Positions 37,842-48,191 of a stretch of 64,000 nucleotides of DNA are shown one piece after another (the stretch's first letter is position 1; each line of letters opens with the position of its first letter). The DNA is from an uncultured Pseudomonadota bacterium (GTDB taxonomy: Bacteria; Pseudomonadota; Alphaproteobacteria; RF32; CAG-239): NCBI GenBank assembly GCA_949295995.1, contig CASFNK010000064.1:12627-76626 (forward strand). The letters are read 5' to 3'. Under the pieces are notes generated by a model that was not told the DNA's origin, did not search any database, and worked only from the letters and a program-made list of their open reading frames with translations. The position numbers and the translations under genes are program-made.

Positions 37842-38537
37842 ATGAAAAAGTTTATTTTTAACATTGTTTGTTGGTTGGGAAGTGTATCCATGGCCTTTGC
37901 TCAAGCTCAAGTTCCTTATTTGGAAGAAGTTCGTGCTTTGGGGTTGGTGTCCGGACAAGGAATGGCTTGTGGTGCCTCAAAATTTGATACGTTTGAAATG
38001 TTGGCGCGGGCAATTTTAATTACCAAGGCATCATCAGATAGACAACAGGCCGAAGGAATGAAAGTGTATAGTGAGGCTAAGGCCGATGCCTATATTTCCA
38101 AACAAATGGATGGTTTTTATGAATGTGATAAAATTAACCGCCGTTTCGACGGGCAGCCGATTTTTCAGGCGACTCTTTATGCTGACGGAACGATAAAAAT
38201 GCCTGATGGGCAAATCTTTACACCCAGAAATCCATACGATGCGACTTTAGTCTATAATCAGGCTGATGATGGACGAGATGCAGCGCAAAAAATTTATCAG
38301 AAACAAGCTCATAAAAAAATTCCGGCTCAGGCGGTTCAGTTTAGAACGGATAATGCACCGGTGGCTAATCCGGGTTATGTTTCAGGACAATCCGCGCCGG
38401 CAATTATTGAACCGGCTGGTTTTGCAGGTGTGGAGTTGCAGGAAGTTGGAACTTATACTTCGGAAAGTGAACCGTCTTATAGTGCGCCATCTTACAGTGG
38501 TGAAAGTTCAGTCGGGCATATTACGCGCTCGTATTAA
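37842..38537 (+). CDS. Hypothetical secreted protein
   Basis: 231-aa ORF with a signal peptide (MKKFIFNIVCWLGSVSMAFAQAQ) and a Ser/Pro/Tyr-rich C-terminus (SEPSYSAPSYSGESS). No family recognised. Confidence 0.6.
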   Translation: MKKFIFNIVCWLGSVSMAFAQAQVPYLEEVRALGLVSGQGMACGASKFDTFEMLARAILITKASSDRQQAEGMKVYSEAKADAYISKQMDGFYECDKINRRFDGQPIFQATLYADGTIKMPDGQIFTPRNPYDATLVYNQADDGRDAAQKIYQKQAHKKIPAQAVQFRTDNAPVANPGYVSGQSAPAIIEPAGFAGVELQEVGTYTSESEPSYSAPSYSGESSVGHITRSY

Positions 38538-38609
38538 AAAGATTGCAACTTCTACTTTTTTGTTTATACTCGCTCATAACTTAAACCATAAAATAATGGA
38601 GCATTTTAA

Positions 38610-40286
38610 ATGGCCGCATATCAGTATATTTTTGTCATGCAGAATTTAACCAAAGTTTTTCCCGGTGGAAAAGAGCTGTTTAAGGGAATTACACTTTCTT
38701 TCTTACCCGGAGCCAAAATCGGTGTCTTGGGTGTGAACGGTGCCGGTAAGTCAACTTTGTTGAAAATTATGGCAGGAAAAGATAAAGAATTTAACGGTGA
38801 AGCTTGGGCGGCTGAAGGCGTTAAAGTCGGTTATTTGGAGCAAGAACCTCAACTCGACCCGAATAAAAATGTTATGGAAAATATTATGGACGGGTTAGGC
38901 GAAACAAGAGATTTGCTCAAACGTTTTGAAGAAGTATCTGCAAAATTCGCCGAACCGATGAGTGATGAGGAAATGAACAATCTCATTAATGAGCAAGCCG
39001 AACTCCAAGAAAAAATTGATGCTTGTAATGGTTGGGATTTTGAAAGAACCATTGAAATCGCCATGGATGCTTTGCGTTGTCCGCCGGCAGATGCCGATGT
39101 TACCAAACTTTCAGGTGGTGAGAAAAGACGCGTGGCTCTGTGCCGCTTGCTTTTGCAAAAACCGGATATGTTGCTCTTGGATGAGCCGACTAACCATTTG
39201 GATGCCGAATCGGTGGCTTGGTTGGAACAACATTTGAAAGAATATCCGGGAACAGTGGTTATGGTTACCCACGACCGCTATTTCTTGGATAATGTTACCG
39301 GTTGGATTTTGGAATTAGACCGTGGACAAGGTATCCCTTATGAAGGAAATTATAGTTCTTGGTTGGAACAAAAGCAAAAACGCTTGGAGCAAGAATCTCG
39401 TGAGGAAACTAGCCGTCAGAGAACTTTGGCAAATGAGTTGGAGTGGATACGCAAAAATCCTAAAGCCAGACAAGCTAAATCTAAGGCGCGTATTAATGCT
39501 TATGAAGAGCTGTTGGCTGAAGCCGGAAAAGAAAAAATTACGCAAGCTCATATCTCCATTCCAATGACGGATAGATTGGGCGATTTGGTGATTGAAGCAA
39601 ATGGTATTTCTAAAGGATATGGCGACCGGTTGCTGATTGATAATCTGTCTTTCAAGATTCCGAAGGGGGCAATTGTCGGTATTATCGGACCGAACGGTGC
39701 CGGTAAAACGACCCTGTTTCGCATGATTACGGGACAAGAAAAACCAGATAGCGGTGAGATTAGAATTGGTGAAACCGTGGATTTGGGTTATGTTGACCAA
39801 TCTCGCGAAGAGTTAAATCCAAACAAAACCGTTTGGGAAGAAATTTCCGATGGTTTGGATATTATTGAACTTGGTAAAAAACAAATGCCGTCCAGGGCTT
39901 ATGTCGGTCAGTTCAATTTTAAGGGCGGAGACCAACAAAAGAAAGTTGGGCAACTTTCTGGCGGTGAGCGCAATCGTGTTCACTTGGCAAAAATGTTGCG
40001 CAAAGGTGCAAATGTGATTTTGCTCGATGAGCCGACCAATGATTTGGATGTGGATACCTTGCGTTCATTGGAAGAAGGTATTATGGAATATCCAGGGTGT
40101 GTTTTGGTTACATCACACGACCGTTGGTTCTTGGATCGTTTGGCAACACATATTTTGGCATACGAAGGAGACAGCCAAGTCGTTTGGTTTGAGGGGAACT
40201 TTGAAGAATATGAGAAAGACAAGCGCCGCCGCCTTGGCGATGAGGCGTGCAATCCACATCGTGTCAGATACAAAAAGTTAGCTTAA
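38610..40286 (+). CDS. ettA: Energy-dependent translational throttle protein EttA (ABC-F ATPase)
   Basis: 558 aa, two ABC cassettes ([31 protein letters not shown]; [31 protein letters not shown]). The N-terminus [17 protein letters not shown] is typical of EttA. Confidence 0.92.
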   Translation: MAAYQYIFVMQNLTKVFPGGKELFKGITLSFLPGAKIGVLGVNGAGKSTLLKIMAGKDKEFNGEAWAAEGVKVGYLEQEPQLDPNKNVMENIMDGLGETRDLLKRFEEVSAKFAEPMSDEEMNNLINEQAELQEKIDACNGWDFERTIEIAMDALRCPPADADVTKLSGGEKRRVALCRLLLQKPDMLLLDEPTNHLDAESVAWLEQHLKEYPGTVVMVTHDRYFLDNVTGWILELDRGQGIPYEGNYSSWLEQKQKRLEQESREETSRQRTLANELEWIRKNPKARQAKSKARINAYEELLAEAGKEKITQAHISIPMTDRLGDLVIEANGISKGYGDRLLIDNLSFKIPKGAIVGIIGPNGAGKTTLFRMITGQEKPDSGEIRIGETVDLGYVDQSREELNPNKTVWEEISDGLDIIELGKKQMPSRAYVGQFNFKGGDQQKKVGQLSGGERNRVHLAKMLRKGANVILLDEPTNDLDVDTLRSLEEGIMEYPGCVLVTSHDRWFLDRLATHILAYEGDSQVVWFEGNFEEYEKDKRRRLGDEACNPHRVRYKKLA

Positions 40287-40293
40287 AATTGTG

Positions 40294-40330
40294 AAAACCC
40301 CGTGTTATTTTTGACACGGGGTTCGTTTTT
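40294..40330. terminator. Bidirectional intrinsic terminator
   Basis: Stem AACCCCGTGT / ACACGGGGTT (10 bp), followed by CGTTTTT, with A4 upstream. Confidence 0.6.
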
Positions 40331-40676
40331 ACTTTTGTTTCTTTTGATTGTTAATTTCGGCCTGAAGATGCTGATTGACAATTTCAAATGCACGACCGGA
40401 TAGGTTGGGACCAATCCAGATTGTATAAACACCGCGGCGTTTGATACAGCCCCCCAGCTCTTTTTGGAGTGCTAAACAAATTTTTCGGCGGCCCAGATAG
40501 GCGGCTTCTCCATTGCGTCCGCTTTGGAGCAATAATCTGAGTGATAAACTCTCGGCCAAGTCAATGGCGGTTTGTTCAATCTCGTCTTCGGGGACAGAGA
40601 TTTTTAATGTGTTGTTTTGCTGAGTAAACTCTTTGGCAATGGCAGAAATTATCTGCTTTTCTCTTCTTATATCCAT
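40329..40676 (-). CDS. Hypothetical protein
   Basis: 115-aa ORF downstream of 40746..41627 on the same strand. No family recognised. Confidence 0.5.
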   Translation of the reverse strand: MDIRREKQIISAIAKEFTQQNNTLKISVPEDEIEQTAIDLAESLSLRLLLQSGRNGEAAYLGRRKICLALQKELGGCIKRRGVYTIWIGPNLSGRAFEIVNQHLQAEINNQKKQK

Positions 40677-40745
40677 AATCTAAATAATTAAAAGTTATGG
40701 AGGAGTTATAGAAGATTTGGACAAAAATGTCAAATATTATTTGAC

Positions 40746-41627
40746 TTAGCGATACCAATCTTTTTGAGCTTGGTTGGTGCCCATTAGGTTTTTGATGTTT
40801 TCTATTTGTTGAGAATATTTGCACAACAAGGTTGTGGTGTGGCGGATACCTTCTTTGTCTTGGTGTTGAATTTGCAGGTGGTGCAGTTTTTTTAAGGTAT
40901 CAATTTTGAGATAACATTTACGTGAAACCGATGCCTTAAAATCATTGGCAACGTGAACGGCTTCAAGTGCGGCTTGTTGGCGTTGCTCATAGTCCAGGTT
41001 TGGATTATCTAAGTGATTTTGCAAAATTTGGTAATAAGTTTGTGCACTTTTGTTCAACATATCTTTTAAGTGCGGAAGGGTGTGCGATTTTTTGTCGGTC
41101 TTTTGATAGGCCTTTTTTATGGTGTGGTATTTGTCAGATGATGAAATATCTAGGTCAATAACTTGGTTGGCACAGCTATAGATAAGGTCAGCTTGCGTTT
41201 TATCGGGTGCCAGTGAGATAATGTTTTGCAAAGTCTCTAATCGCTCTTGAGGGGCGACATCTGACATATATGAATGGCAATTGTTTATCCAATAAAAAGC
41301 TGTGAGCTTTTCGGAGCGTGTCAAAAGTGGGAGAATTTTTTTGAGCTCTTGGGCTGTTACCGCGGCATGGTGCTCTTCTGGGGTTTCTTGATTGAAGGTT
41401 TTGGCAACAGCAACAAAGGCTTGCTCTACATCCAACATTTGATGGATGATTTTGTCTTTGGTCATTTGGCGGAGGGTGTCTCTTGAAATTTGCATCGGTT
41501 CTTTAATTTCCAAACCTGATGCTTGGCATATTAAATACCGTGAGTCTCTAAACTTTCCTTTGAGGCAAAGTTGTTTGACTTGTGAGAAGATTTGTTGCTT
41601 TGAAGGGCTTTTGTTTGCCATAGTCAT
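40746..41627 (-). CDS. Hypothetical protein (orphan, helical)
   Basis: 293-aa uninterrupted ORF. No recognisable motif. Confidence 0.55.
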   Translation of the reverse strand: MTMANKSPSKQQIFSQVKQLCLKGKFRDSRYLICQASGLEIKEPMQISRDTLRQMTKDKIIHQMLDVEQAFVAVAKTFNQETPEEHHAAVTAQELKKILPLLTRSEKLTAFYWINNCHSYMSDVAPQERLETLQNIISLAPDKTQADLIYSCANQVIDLDISSSDKYHTIKKAYQKTDKKSHTLPHLKDMLNKSAQTYYQILQNHLDNPNLDYEQRQQAALEAVHVANDFKASVSRKCYLKIDTLKKLHHLQIQHQDKEGIRHTTTLLCKYSQQIENIKNLMGTNQAQKDWYR

Positions 41628-41720
41628 TCTTCAATAAAGTTATTTATTGCTTGAAGTATAGCAGAAAAATACGAAATGTAAATATATTTTCGTAAAATAG
41701 ACAAAACGGAGCGATGATGT

Positions 41721-42158
41721 TTAGAGCGATTTTTCCATACGGGCGAAGGTTATGCCGTTTTCTTCAAAAATGTCGCCGGCTTGTTGGTAGCCCATTTTTT
41801 CATAAAAGTGCACAACCGAGAGCATGGCGTGCATGATAATTTTGCTGTAACCCGCCTCTTTAGCGCGTTTTTCGGCGTATTTTACCAATTCGCGACCAAT
41901 GCCTTCGCCTTGGTATTTGGTGTCAACCGCAACCTGCATAAGGCGAATTTCTTCATCATTGACGGGGGCTAAAATTAGCCCGCCGATGAGCTTGTCATCT
42001 AAGTTTTCGATACAGCCGATGTGAAGATAATTGGCTTCTTGAGCGCGATAGTGGTCCAAAAATTTGAGGCCTAAGGGTTCGAGCAATATCTTGTAGCGGA
42101 GTTCAACCAACTCGTCATAACGTGAAGATCCAAAGTCTATGTCTATCATCTTTTTCAT
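41721..42158 (-). CDS. GNAT family N-acetyltransferase
   Basis: ATG 42158 after GGGAGG. Acetyl-CoA binding motif VAVDTKYQGEGIGRELVKYAEKRAKEAG. The track start 42197 is probably too long. Confidence 0.85.
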   Translation of the reverse strand: MKKMIDIDFGSSRYDELVELRYKILLEPLGLKFLDHYRAQEANYLHIGCIENLDDKLIGGLILAPVNDEEIRLMQVAVDTKYQGEGIGRELVKYAEKRAKEAGYSKIIMHAMLSVVHFYEKMGYQQAGDIFEENGITFARMEKSL

Positions 42159-42290
42159 GGTAACCTCCCGCTGTTTATCTTTTCTTAGTATAGGCATTTT
42201 TTATGATTTAATCAATATTATATTGCTTAATATTAAATTATCCTCTATCTATGTAGTAATTGTAATGTTTTTGACGGATTAAAAAGAATA

Positions 42291-44096
42291 ATGACAACAA
42301 ATTTGGATTTAATCAGAAATTTTGCCATCATCGCACATATTGACCACGGAAAGTCTACGCTGGCGGATAGAATTATTGAATTTTGTGGCGGTTTGCAAAA
42401 AAGAGAAATGCAAGAACAAGTTCTCGACTCGATGGATATTGAACGTGAACGCGGTATTACCATTAAAGCGCAAACTGTGCGTCTGAACTATAAGGCTCAT
42501 GACGGGAATACTTATCAGCTCAATTTGATTGATACTCCGGGACACGTTGACTTCTCTTATGAGGTGTCTCGTTCGCTTTCGTCTTGCGAAGGTTCGGTTT
42601 TGGTGGTGGATGCGACCCAAGGCGTTGAGGCGCAGACTTTGGCGAATGTCTATATGGCGATTGACAATAATCATGAGATTTTGCCGGTCTTAAATAAAGT
42701 TGATTTGCCATCTGCCGACCCGGAAAAAGTTAAACAACAAATTGAAGATGTAATTGGGTTGGACACGTCTCATGCGGTGGAAGCATCGGGTAAAACCGGT
42801 CTTGGGGTGGAAGATGTTTTGGAAGGAATTGTAAATTATCTGCCCGCTCCAAAGGGAGATGAAAAACAACCCCTTAAGGCGTTGTTGATTGATAGTTGGT
42901 ATGACTCTTATTTGGGTGTTATCATCTTGGTGAGGATTAAAGATGGCGTTATTCGCAAAAAACAACAAATCAGAATGATGTCTAATAATGCGGTTTATTC
43001 GATTGATAAGGTTGGTATCTTTACCCCTAAAATGCAAGATGTTGATGCACTTTATCCTGGTGAAGTCGGTTTTATTACCGCGAGTATTAAAAGTGTGAGC
43101 GATTGCCATATCGGTGATACCATTACCGATAATAAACAGCCGTGTGCCGAACCATTGAAAGGGTTTAAGCCCTCTATTCCTGTCGTGTTCTGTTCTATCT
43201 TTCCGGTGGACAGCAGTCAATATGATAACCTAAAAGACGCATTGGCAAAGCTCAAACTTAATGATGCCAGTATTGACTATCAAAATGAAAATTCCGCTGC
43301 GCTGGGACTTGGTTTTCGTTGCGGGTTCTTGGGGCTGTTGCATATGGAAATTATCCAAGAGCGTTTGGGCAGAGAGTTTGATTTGGATTTGATTACAACA
43401 GCGCCTTCGGTTGCCTATAAAATCAACTTGAGCAACGGTAACCAAATTACGTTGCACAATCCTGCTGATATGCCTGACCCATCGACCATTGCCAGTATTG
43501 AAGAACCTTGGGTGAAAGCCACAATTTTGGTGCCGGATGAATATTTGGGCTCGGTTTTGAAACTTTGCACCGAAAGAAGAGGCGAGCAAGAAGACTTAAC
43601 CTATGTCGGTAATCGGGCAATGGTGGTTTATAAAATTCCCTTGAATGAAATTGTGTTTGATTTTTATGACCGCTTAAAATCTATTACCAGCGGATATGCC
43701 AGCTTTGACTATGAGATTGTTGGTTATCAGGCATCTGATTTGGTGAAGGTTCAAATCTTGATTAATGAAGAGGCGGTTGATGCCTTAGCTTTTCTTTGCC
43801 ACAGAAGCGAAGCCGAAGCTCGCGGACGACAAATTTGTGAGCGGCTTAAAGACCTTATTCCGAGACATTTGTTCAAAATTCCGATTCAAGCGGCCATCGG
43901 CGGACGGGTGGTTGCCAGAGAGACGATTTCGGCCTTGCGCAAAGATGTTACTGCAAAATGTTATGGCGGTGACGTAACCCGTAAACGTAAACTCTTGGAT
44001 AAGCAGAAAAAAGGTAAACAACGTATGCGCCAGTTCGGTAAGGTTGAAGTGCCGCAATCGGCGTTTATTGAAGCCTTGCGTATCGGCGACCAATAA
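42291..44096 (+). CDS. lepA: Elongation factor 4 (LepA)
   Basis: 601 aa; [33 protein letters not shown], and the conserved LepA C-terminal domain (..[18 protein letters not shown]). Confidence 0.97.
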   Translation: MTTNLDLIRNFAIIAHIDHGKSTLADRIIEFCGGLQKREMQEQVLDSMDIERERGITIKAQTVRLNYKAHDGNTYQLNLIDTPGHVDFSYEVSRSLSSCEGSVLVVDATQGVEAQTLANVYMAIDNNHEILPVLNKVDLPSADPEKVKQQIEDVIGLDTSHAVEASGKTGLGVEDVLEGIVNYLPAPKGDEKQPLKALLIDSWYDSYLGVIILVRIKDGVIRKKQQIRMMSNNAVYSIDKVGIFTPKMQDVDALYPGEVGFITASIKSVSDCHIGDTITDNKQPCAEPLKGFKPSIPVVFCSIFPVDSSQYDNLKDALAKLKLNDASIDYQNENSAALGLGFRCGFLGLLHMEIIQERLGREFDLDLITTAPSVAYKINLSNGNQITLHNPADMPDPSTIASIEEPWVKATILVPDEYLGSVLKLCTERRGEQEDLTYVGNRAMVVYKIPLNEIVFDFYDRLKSITSGYASFDYEIVGYQASDLVKVQILINEEAVDALAFLCHRSEAEARGRQICERLKDLIPRHLFKIPIQAAIGGRVVARETISALRKDVTAKCYGGDVTRKRKLLDKQKKGKQRMRQFGKVEVPQSAFIEALRIGDQ

Positions 44097-44116
44097 AGAT
44101 TTGGTGGAGTAAAAAG

Positions 44117-44150
44117 AGCCTCTAAGTCCTCGGACTTGGGGGCTTTTTTT
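44117..44150 (+). terminator. Rho-independent terminator after lepA
   Basis: Stem AGCCTCTAAGTCC / GGACTTGGGGGCT (with G-U pairs), then T7. Confidence 0.6.
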
Positions 44151-44409
44151 GTTGAAAAAATCATATTTGACACAAATGACAAAATATGGTATGATTATTT
44201 CATAAAACAAATTATTTTATATAAATTATATAGACTATAAAAGCTGACAAAAATAAATGCTTTTTGCTGAATTATACATTTAAAGATACGCCTTTTGCCA
44301 AGGCGCAGCGCTCTCTAGGAGGGTTCTGATTCGAAACTTTACTTGTCCCTGTTCAGAAAAAAAGAGTTACATTTATCTTTGGAAACTTTTTTAGTCTTTA
44401 AAGAAATAG

Positions 44410-44745
44410 ATGCTTATGAAAAAAATTTTTTTCGGCATTGTGCGTGTGTTGCTATCAATTATTTTCTTCCCGTTCATCCCTCTTTTTATAGGGATGACCC
44501 GTAGCGGGGGAGGAAAAAAATATACATGTTCCCCAAAATATTTTTGGGGTGTGTATAGGTGCGCAGGAGAAATGAGAGCGGGGGAACTGCTCTCCGCACT
44601 GATTCTTTTTAGCAGTGTGGAGGGCGGACCCGTAAAACCCGTGAGGGTTTTATATTGGATTACGCTCCAGTTCATCTGGGGGTATCCCCTCTTCCTCTTG
44701 GGAAGATTATGTCTTGCTCTTAAAAAGCTCTATGAGATGATTTAA
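44410..44745 (+). CDS. Questionable ORF: small hydrophobic protein, or non-coding structured RNA region
   Basis: 111-aa ORF with hydrophobic ends. It lies in a locally GC-richer, hairpin-dense segment that also carries a 94-aa ORF on the opposite strand. Weak RBS. Terminator downstream. Confidence 0.3.
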   Translation: MLMKKIFFGIVRVLLSIIFFPFIPLFIGMTRSGGGKKYTCSPKYFWGVYRCAGEMRAGELLSALILFSSVEGGPVKPVRVLYWITLQFIWGYPLFLLGRLCLALKKLYEMI

Positions 44746-44766
44746 GAGCCTTACAGACACACGCTG

Positions 44767-44799
44767 AGCACTCAAGTTTAAAACTTGGGTGCTTTTTTT
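44767..44799 (+). terminator. Rho-independent terminator
   Basis: Stem AGCACTCAAGTT / AACTTGGGTGCT, loop TAAA, T7. Confidence 0.6.
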
Positions 44800-44819
44800 A
44801 TTGCAATTTTATAATGTAT

Positions 44820-45455
44820 TTATCTGCTTTTGCCTAAAGCGTGAGGAGACGAGGGGGAGAGGATATTTTTTATATCTTTTAGGATGCTCTTTTTCTTATA
44901 GGTTATGGTGTGGATGCCTAGCATTGCGGCGGCAGAGGTGTTTTGGGCTTTATCATCAACAAAAATTAATTCATTAAATTCGCAATCTAATTTGTCTTTT
45001 ACGGTTTGGTAGATTTTGGGGTCAGGTTTTAGAAGCCCTAGTTCAAAAGAGCAAAAACGATGTTGGGGTTTGATGATTTGATTGATTTTTTCATCTTCGC
45101 CCAAAACGGGGAGGGCGTTTGATAAAATACAGTTTTCAATTCCTTGAGCGGAGAGAAAATTTTGCGCTTTTCTGGTTTCTGAGAAATATTCAATAATGCC
45201 TTGGTGAAAGGCTTTATTGATTTCGGGACAATATTTTTTATCATACAAAACGCCATAAAAGTCGCAAAGCTGTTGACATAGTTGCTCGAAAGGAACTAGG
45301 CCTTTCATATAGTCATTGTAATTAAATTTTCCTTTATTAGCCTCAAAAAGGGTTTGGTCTTGGGTATGGGTTTTGCACCATTGGTGAAGAGGCTCAAGGC
45401 TGTATTGGTAAATGACATTGCCAACGTCCCAGATACAATATTTGATTTTGTTCAT
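44820..45455 (-). CDS. HAD-superfamily hydrolase (subfamily IA-like)
   Basis: 211 aa; motif I IWDVGNV, motif II ILSNA, motif III/IV region FVDDKAQN. Confidence 0.78.
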   Translation of the reverse strand: MNKIKYCIWDVGNVIYQYSLEPLHQWCKTHTQDQTLFEANKGKFNYNDYMKGLVPFEQLCQQLCDFYGVLYDKKYCPEINKAFHQGIIEYFSETRKAQNFLSAQGIENCILSNALPVLGEDEKINQIIKPQHRFCSFELGLLKPDPKIYQTVKDKLDCEFNELIFVDDKAQNTSAAAMLGIHTITYKKKSILKDIKNILSPSSPHALGKSR

Positions 45456-45501
45456 CTTTACTCCTTTTTTTCAGGCTAACAAAGAAACGCCTGATTGGCA
45501 A

Positions 45502-45530
45502 TAAAAAACCTTCCCGATGAGGGGAAGGTT
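45502..45530 (-). terminator. Rho-independent terminator after tolB
   Basis: On the minus strand: stem CCTTCCCC / GGGAAGG followed by T6 (A-run 45503-45508 on the plus strand). Confidence 0.5.
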
Positions 45531-45541
45531 TTGGGTTTTGC

Positions 45542-46846
45542 TTAAGGCAAGAGCGGCGACCACGCCGGGTCAGAGCCTTCGCCCGGTGTTACAATCATTC
45601 GCTCGTTATAACCGGTGAGGTCGATTGAATATAATCTGACTGGAGATGCGGTGCTGTCATCTTGACGGAAGTACATCAAGACACGGCCGTTCGGCGACCA
45701 GGTCGGACCTTCAACCAAGAAGCCGCTGGCCAGCAAGCGTTCGCCCGTGCCGTCCGGATACATAACGCCGATGTAGAATTGTCCGCCCGCCATTTTGGTA
45801 AAGGCAATGTAGTCGCCACGTGGAGACCAAACAGGTGTTGCATAGCGTCCGGAGCCAAAGCTGATACGGTGGACATCACTGCCGTCGGCATTCATAATAT
45901 AAAGTTGTTGATTGCCACCTCGGTCAGAGTTGAAGACGATTTGTGAGCCGTCCGGAGAATAACTCGGTGAGGTGTTAATTGCGCCGCCGGAGGTTAATTG
46001 TTTGCTGGTGCGGCTTGCCAAGTCCATTTCGTAAATATCACTCTTGCCGCGAGAAGCATAGCTCAAGATGACCTTTTTGCTATCAGGTGAAAAACGCGGG
46101 GCAAAGGTCATGCCAGGGAAGTTACCAAGCAGTTCTTGACGTCCGGTTTCAATATCCAAAATATAAACCCGTGGAGTTTCGCCGGCATAGGACATATAGG
46201 CTACTTTTTGCAAGTTGGGTGAAAAACGAGGCGTTAAAACCATAGATGCACCTGAGGTTAAAAACTTATGGTTTTCTCCGTCTTGGTCCATAATCGCCAG
46301 ACGTTTGGTGCGTTTGGTTTTGGGACCGGTTTCCGAAACATAAACAATGCGGGTGTCAAAGTAGCCTTGTTCACCGGTGAGGCGTTCATAAATCGCATCG
46401 GCTATCACGTGGGCAACTCTTCTCCAGTTGTCTTTGGTGGTGGTGAAGGATTGTCCTTTCATTTGGTTTTGGGCATAAATATCCCACAAGCGAAATTCAA
46501 TACGAAGATGATTGCTGTCAATCTCGGTAATGGCACTTTGTACAAGTGCGTGAGCGTTAATGGCTTTCCAATCCACAAAATTGGGTTGCTCATTAATAGA
46601 GGTCAGCTCTTGGATATAGCTATTTTCAGGGATAATTCTGAATAAGCCGGAACGCTCCAAGTCGGCAATGACGACGTCTCTTATCTTGTTGCCGGTTTGT
46701 CCTAAGAAGAATCCTTCATGAATCATTTCAGGGAAGGCAATCGGTAAGGGGTCGCGCATGGCGCCGTTGACGTCAATTTGCAATTCGGCACGTGCCGGAA
46801 GAGCTATGAGGCTTAATATAAAAGCAAATAAGTATTTTATTTTCAT
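45542..46846 (-). CDS. tolB: Tol-Pal system beta-propeller protein TolB
   Basis: 434 aa, signal peptide, repeated propeller motifs (PRFSPD.., [37 protein letters not shown]). Confidence 0.93.
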   Translation of the reverse strand: MKIKYLFAFILSLIALPARAELQIDVNGAMRDPLPIAFPEMIHEGFFLGQTGNKIRDVVIADLERSGLFRIIPENSYIQELTSINEQPNFVDWKAINAHALVQSAITEIDSNHLRIEFRLWDIYAQNQMKGQSFTTTKDNWRRVAHVIADAIYERLTGEQGYFDTRIVYVSETGPKTKRTKRLAIMDQDGENHKFLTSGASMVLTPRFSPNLQKVAYMSYAGETPRVYILDIETGRQELLGNFPGMTFAPRFSPDSKKVILSYASRGKSDIYEMDLASRTSKQLTSGGAINTSPSYSPDGSQIVFNSDRGGNQQLYIMNADGSDVHRISFGSGRYATPVWSPRGDYIAFTKMAGGQFYIGVMYPDGTGERLLASGFLVEGPTWSPNGRVLMYFRQDDSTASPVRLYSIDLTGYNERMIVTPGEGSDPAWSPLLP

Positions 46847-46989
46847 TTTTAATCACCGTCTTATAAGGGGAAATATTTTGCTTTTCATAATAGTATAAGA
46901 GAGTTAATAATCTCTTATCGGGGAGTTAAGTTTTTTGTAATAATTGATTGTATAAACTTACTTAATCGGAACTAAGGGAGATGAGATAA

Positions 46990-47448
46990 GTGGATTTAAG
47001 AGAATTTAAGGAAAAATTGCCCAAATATAAGGCCTTGATTGGGTTTGACTATGGTTCAAAAAGATTAGGAGTGGCGGTGTCTGATTTGCTCTTGATGAGT
47101 GCGACGCCCTATAAGATTATTCAACGCCGAAATATTGAGGCCGATTTAGCTGAGATTAAGAAAATTATTCAAGAAAAAGAAGTTGGCGGAATCGTCTATG
47201 GCTTGCCGTTACAGATGAATGGGGAAGAAGGGCAAACCGCGCAAGAGGTCAGAAAATTTGCGCAACGCTTGGCGCAAGAATTTAATCTGCCTTATTATTT
47301 TTGGGATGAAAGGCTATCTTCTGCGGCCGTGGAAAGCGTGATGATTAAAGAGGCGGATTTGTCACGGGCAAAGCGCAAAAAATCACTCGATGCCGGAGCC
47401 GCAGCCTATATTCTTCAGGGTTGTTTGGATGCGTTGAGCCGAATTTAA
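46990..47448 (+). CDS. ruvX: Putative pre-16S rRNA nuclease / Holliday junction resolvase-like YqgF
   Basis: 152 aa; LIGFDYGSKRLGVAVSD and WDERLSS motifs are typical of YqgF/RuvX. GTG start. Confidence 0.88.
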   Translation: MDLREFKEKLPKYKALIGFDYGSKRLGVAVSDLLLMSATPYKIIQRRNIEADLAEIKKIIQEKEVGGIVYGLPLQMNGEEGQTAQEVRKFAQRLAQEFNLPYYFWDERLSSAAVESVMIKEADLSRAKRKKSLDAGAAAYILQGCLDALSRI

Positions 47449-48191
47449 TCCGTCAAATTTTGCTCTTGGCGGTAGGTTTGATAACTATAAGATACCGCTT
47501 TGAGAGTTTGTATGAATTTTTCTTTATCCATAAAGTCAAATTTATCAGGCAAAACATGGTCAACTAAGTGCGCGATATCCTCATCGGTTTTGACATATTG
47601 CGGGGCAAAACGGCGACAAAAAGCATAAGCCGAGCAATAAACCATTTCAGGGGTGCGGGTGTCATAACCGATTGAGGCTAAGAGTTCGCCAATATCATCA
47701 TTTTCAACCAATTTGGCTTGGGATGGCTTAAACCATAGGCCAATTCCTTGGGCGGATAAGTCTTTCCAGGGGAAGGCTTTGCCAGGGTCAGGTTTGCGAT
47801 TGGGTGCCGTGTCAGAATGCCCAACAATCATGTCTTGGCGAATGTTGTATTTGGCAATTAATTCTTTAGAAAGAGCAACTAAAGTTTTGATTTGTTTGGC
47901 TTTGTAGTCTTCTTGCCCCATACTCAAATTTGAGATTTCAATGCCGATAGAGTGGGAGTTGAGGTCAGTATCTATGTCCTTCCAAAAGCCAACGCCTGCG
48001 TGGTAGGCGCGTCTGTCTTCTTCAACCACTTGGATGAGTTCGCCTTTTTCATTGATGATATAGTGGCAACTTAGTTCCGATGAATCTAATATCTGCAAAA
48101 TCTCTTCGCCTTTTTGAGCCGAGCAATGAAACATCAGCATATCAATCGGGGTTTTGCGGTCATTATAGTGCGGCAGTGGTTCTTCGAGCAT
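47445..48191 (-). CDS. N-acetylmuramoyl-L-alanine amidase (Amidase_2, AmpD/AmiD-like)
   Basis: 248 aa; FHCSA, RAYHAGVGFW, NSHSIGIEI, and IVGHSDTAPNRKPDPG motifs. Confidence 0.85.
   Translation of the reverse strand: MLEEPLPHYNDRKTPIDMLMFHCSAQKGEEILQILDSSELSCHYIINEKGELIQVVEEDRRAYHAGVGFWKDIDTDLNSHSIGIEISNLSMGQEDYKAKQIKTLVALSKELIAKYNIRQDMIVGHSDTAPNRKPDPGKAFPWKDLSAQGIGLWFKPSQAKLVENDDIGELLASIGYDTRTPEMVYCSAYAFCRRFAPQYVKTDEDIAHLVDHVLPDKFDFMDKEKFIQTLKAVSYSYQTYRQEQNLTD

Noticed and set aside
38266-38649. A 127-aa ORF overlapping the 3' half of the secreted-protein gene and the ettA start.
   Set aside because: It is an alternative-frame ORF overlapping two better-supported genes, and it has no RBS or recognisable sequence.
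44270-44800. RNase P RNA, tmRNA (including two-piece alphaproteobacterial ssrA), SRP RNA or a cobalamin riboswitch in the hairpin-rich segment.
   Set aside because: Hallmark motifs are absent on both strands: the GAGGAAAGTCCGGGC-type P4 sequence, a tRNA-like acceptor end with a T-arm, the SRP GGAA-tetraloop domain IV consensus, and the B12 box. The region is kept only as an unclassified structured-RNA candidate.
44795-44835. A dif-like sequence (TATAATGTATTTAT resembles the central part of E. coli dif).
   Set aside because: Only the central AT-rich part matches. The flanking XerC and XerD arms do not. Such AT-rich strings are expected by chance here.
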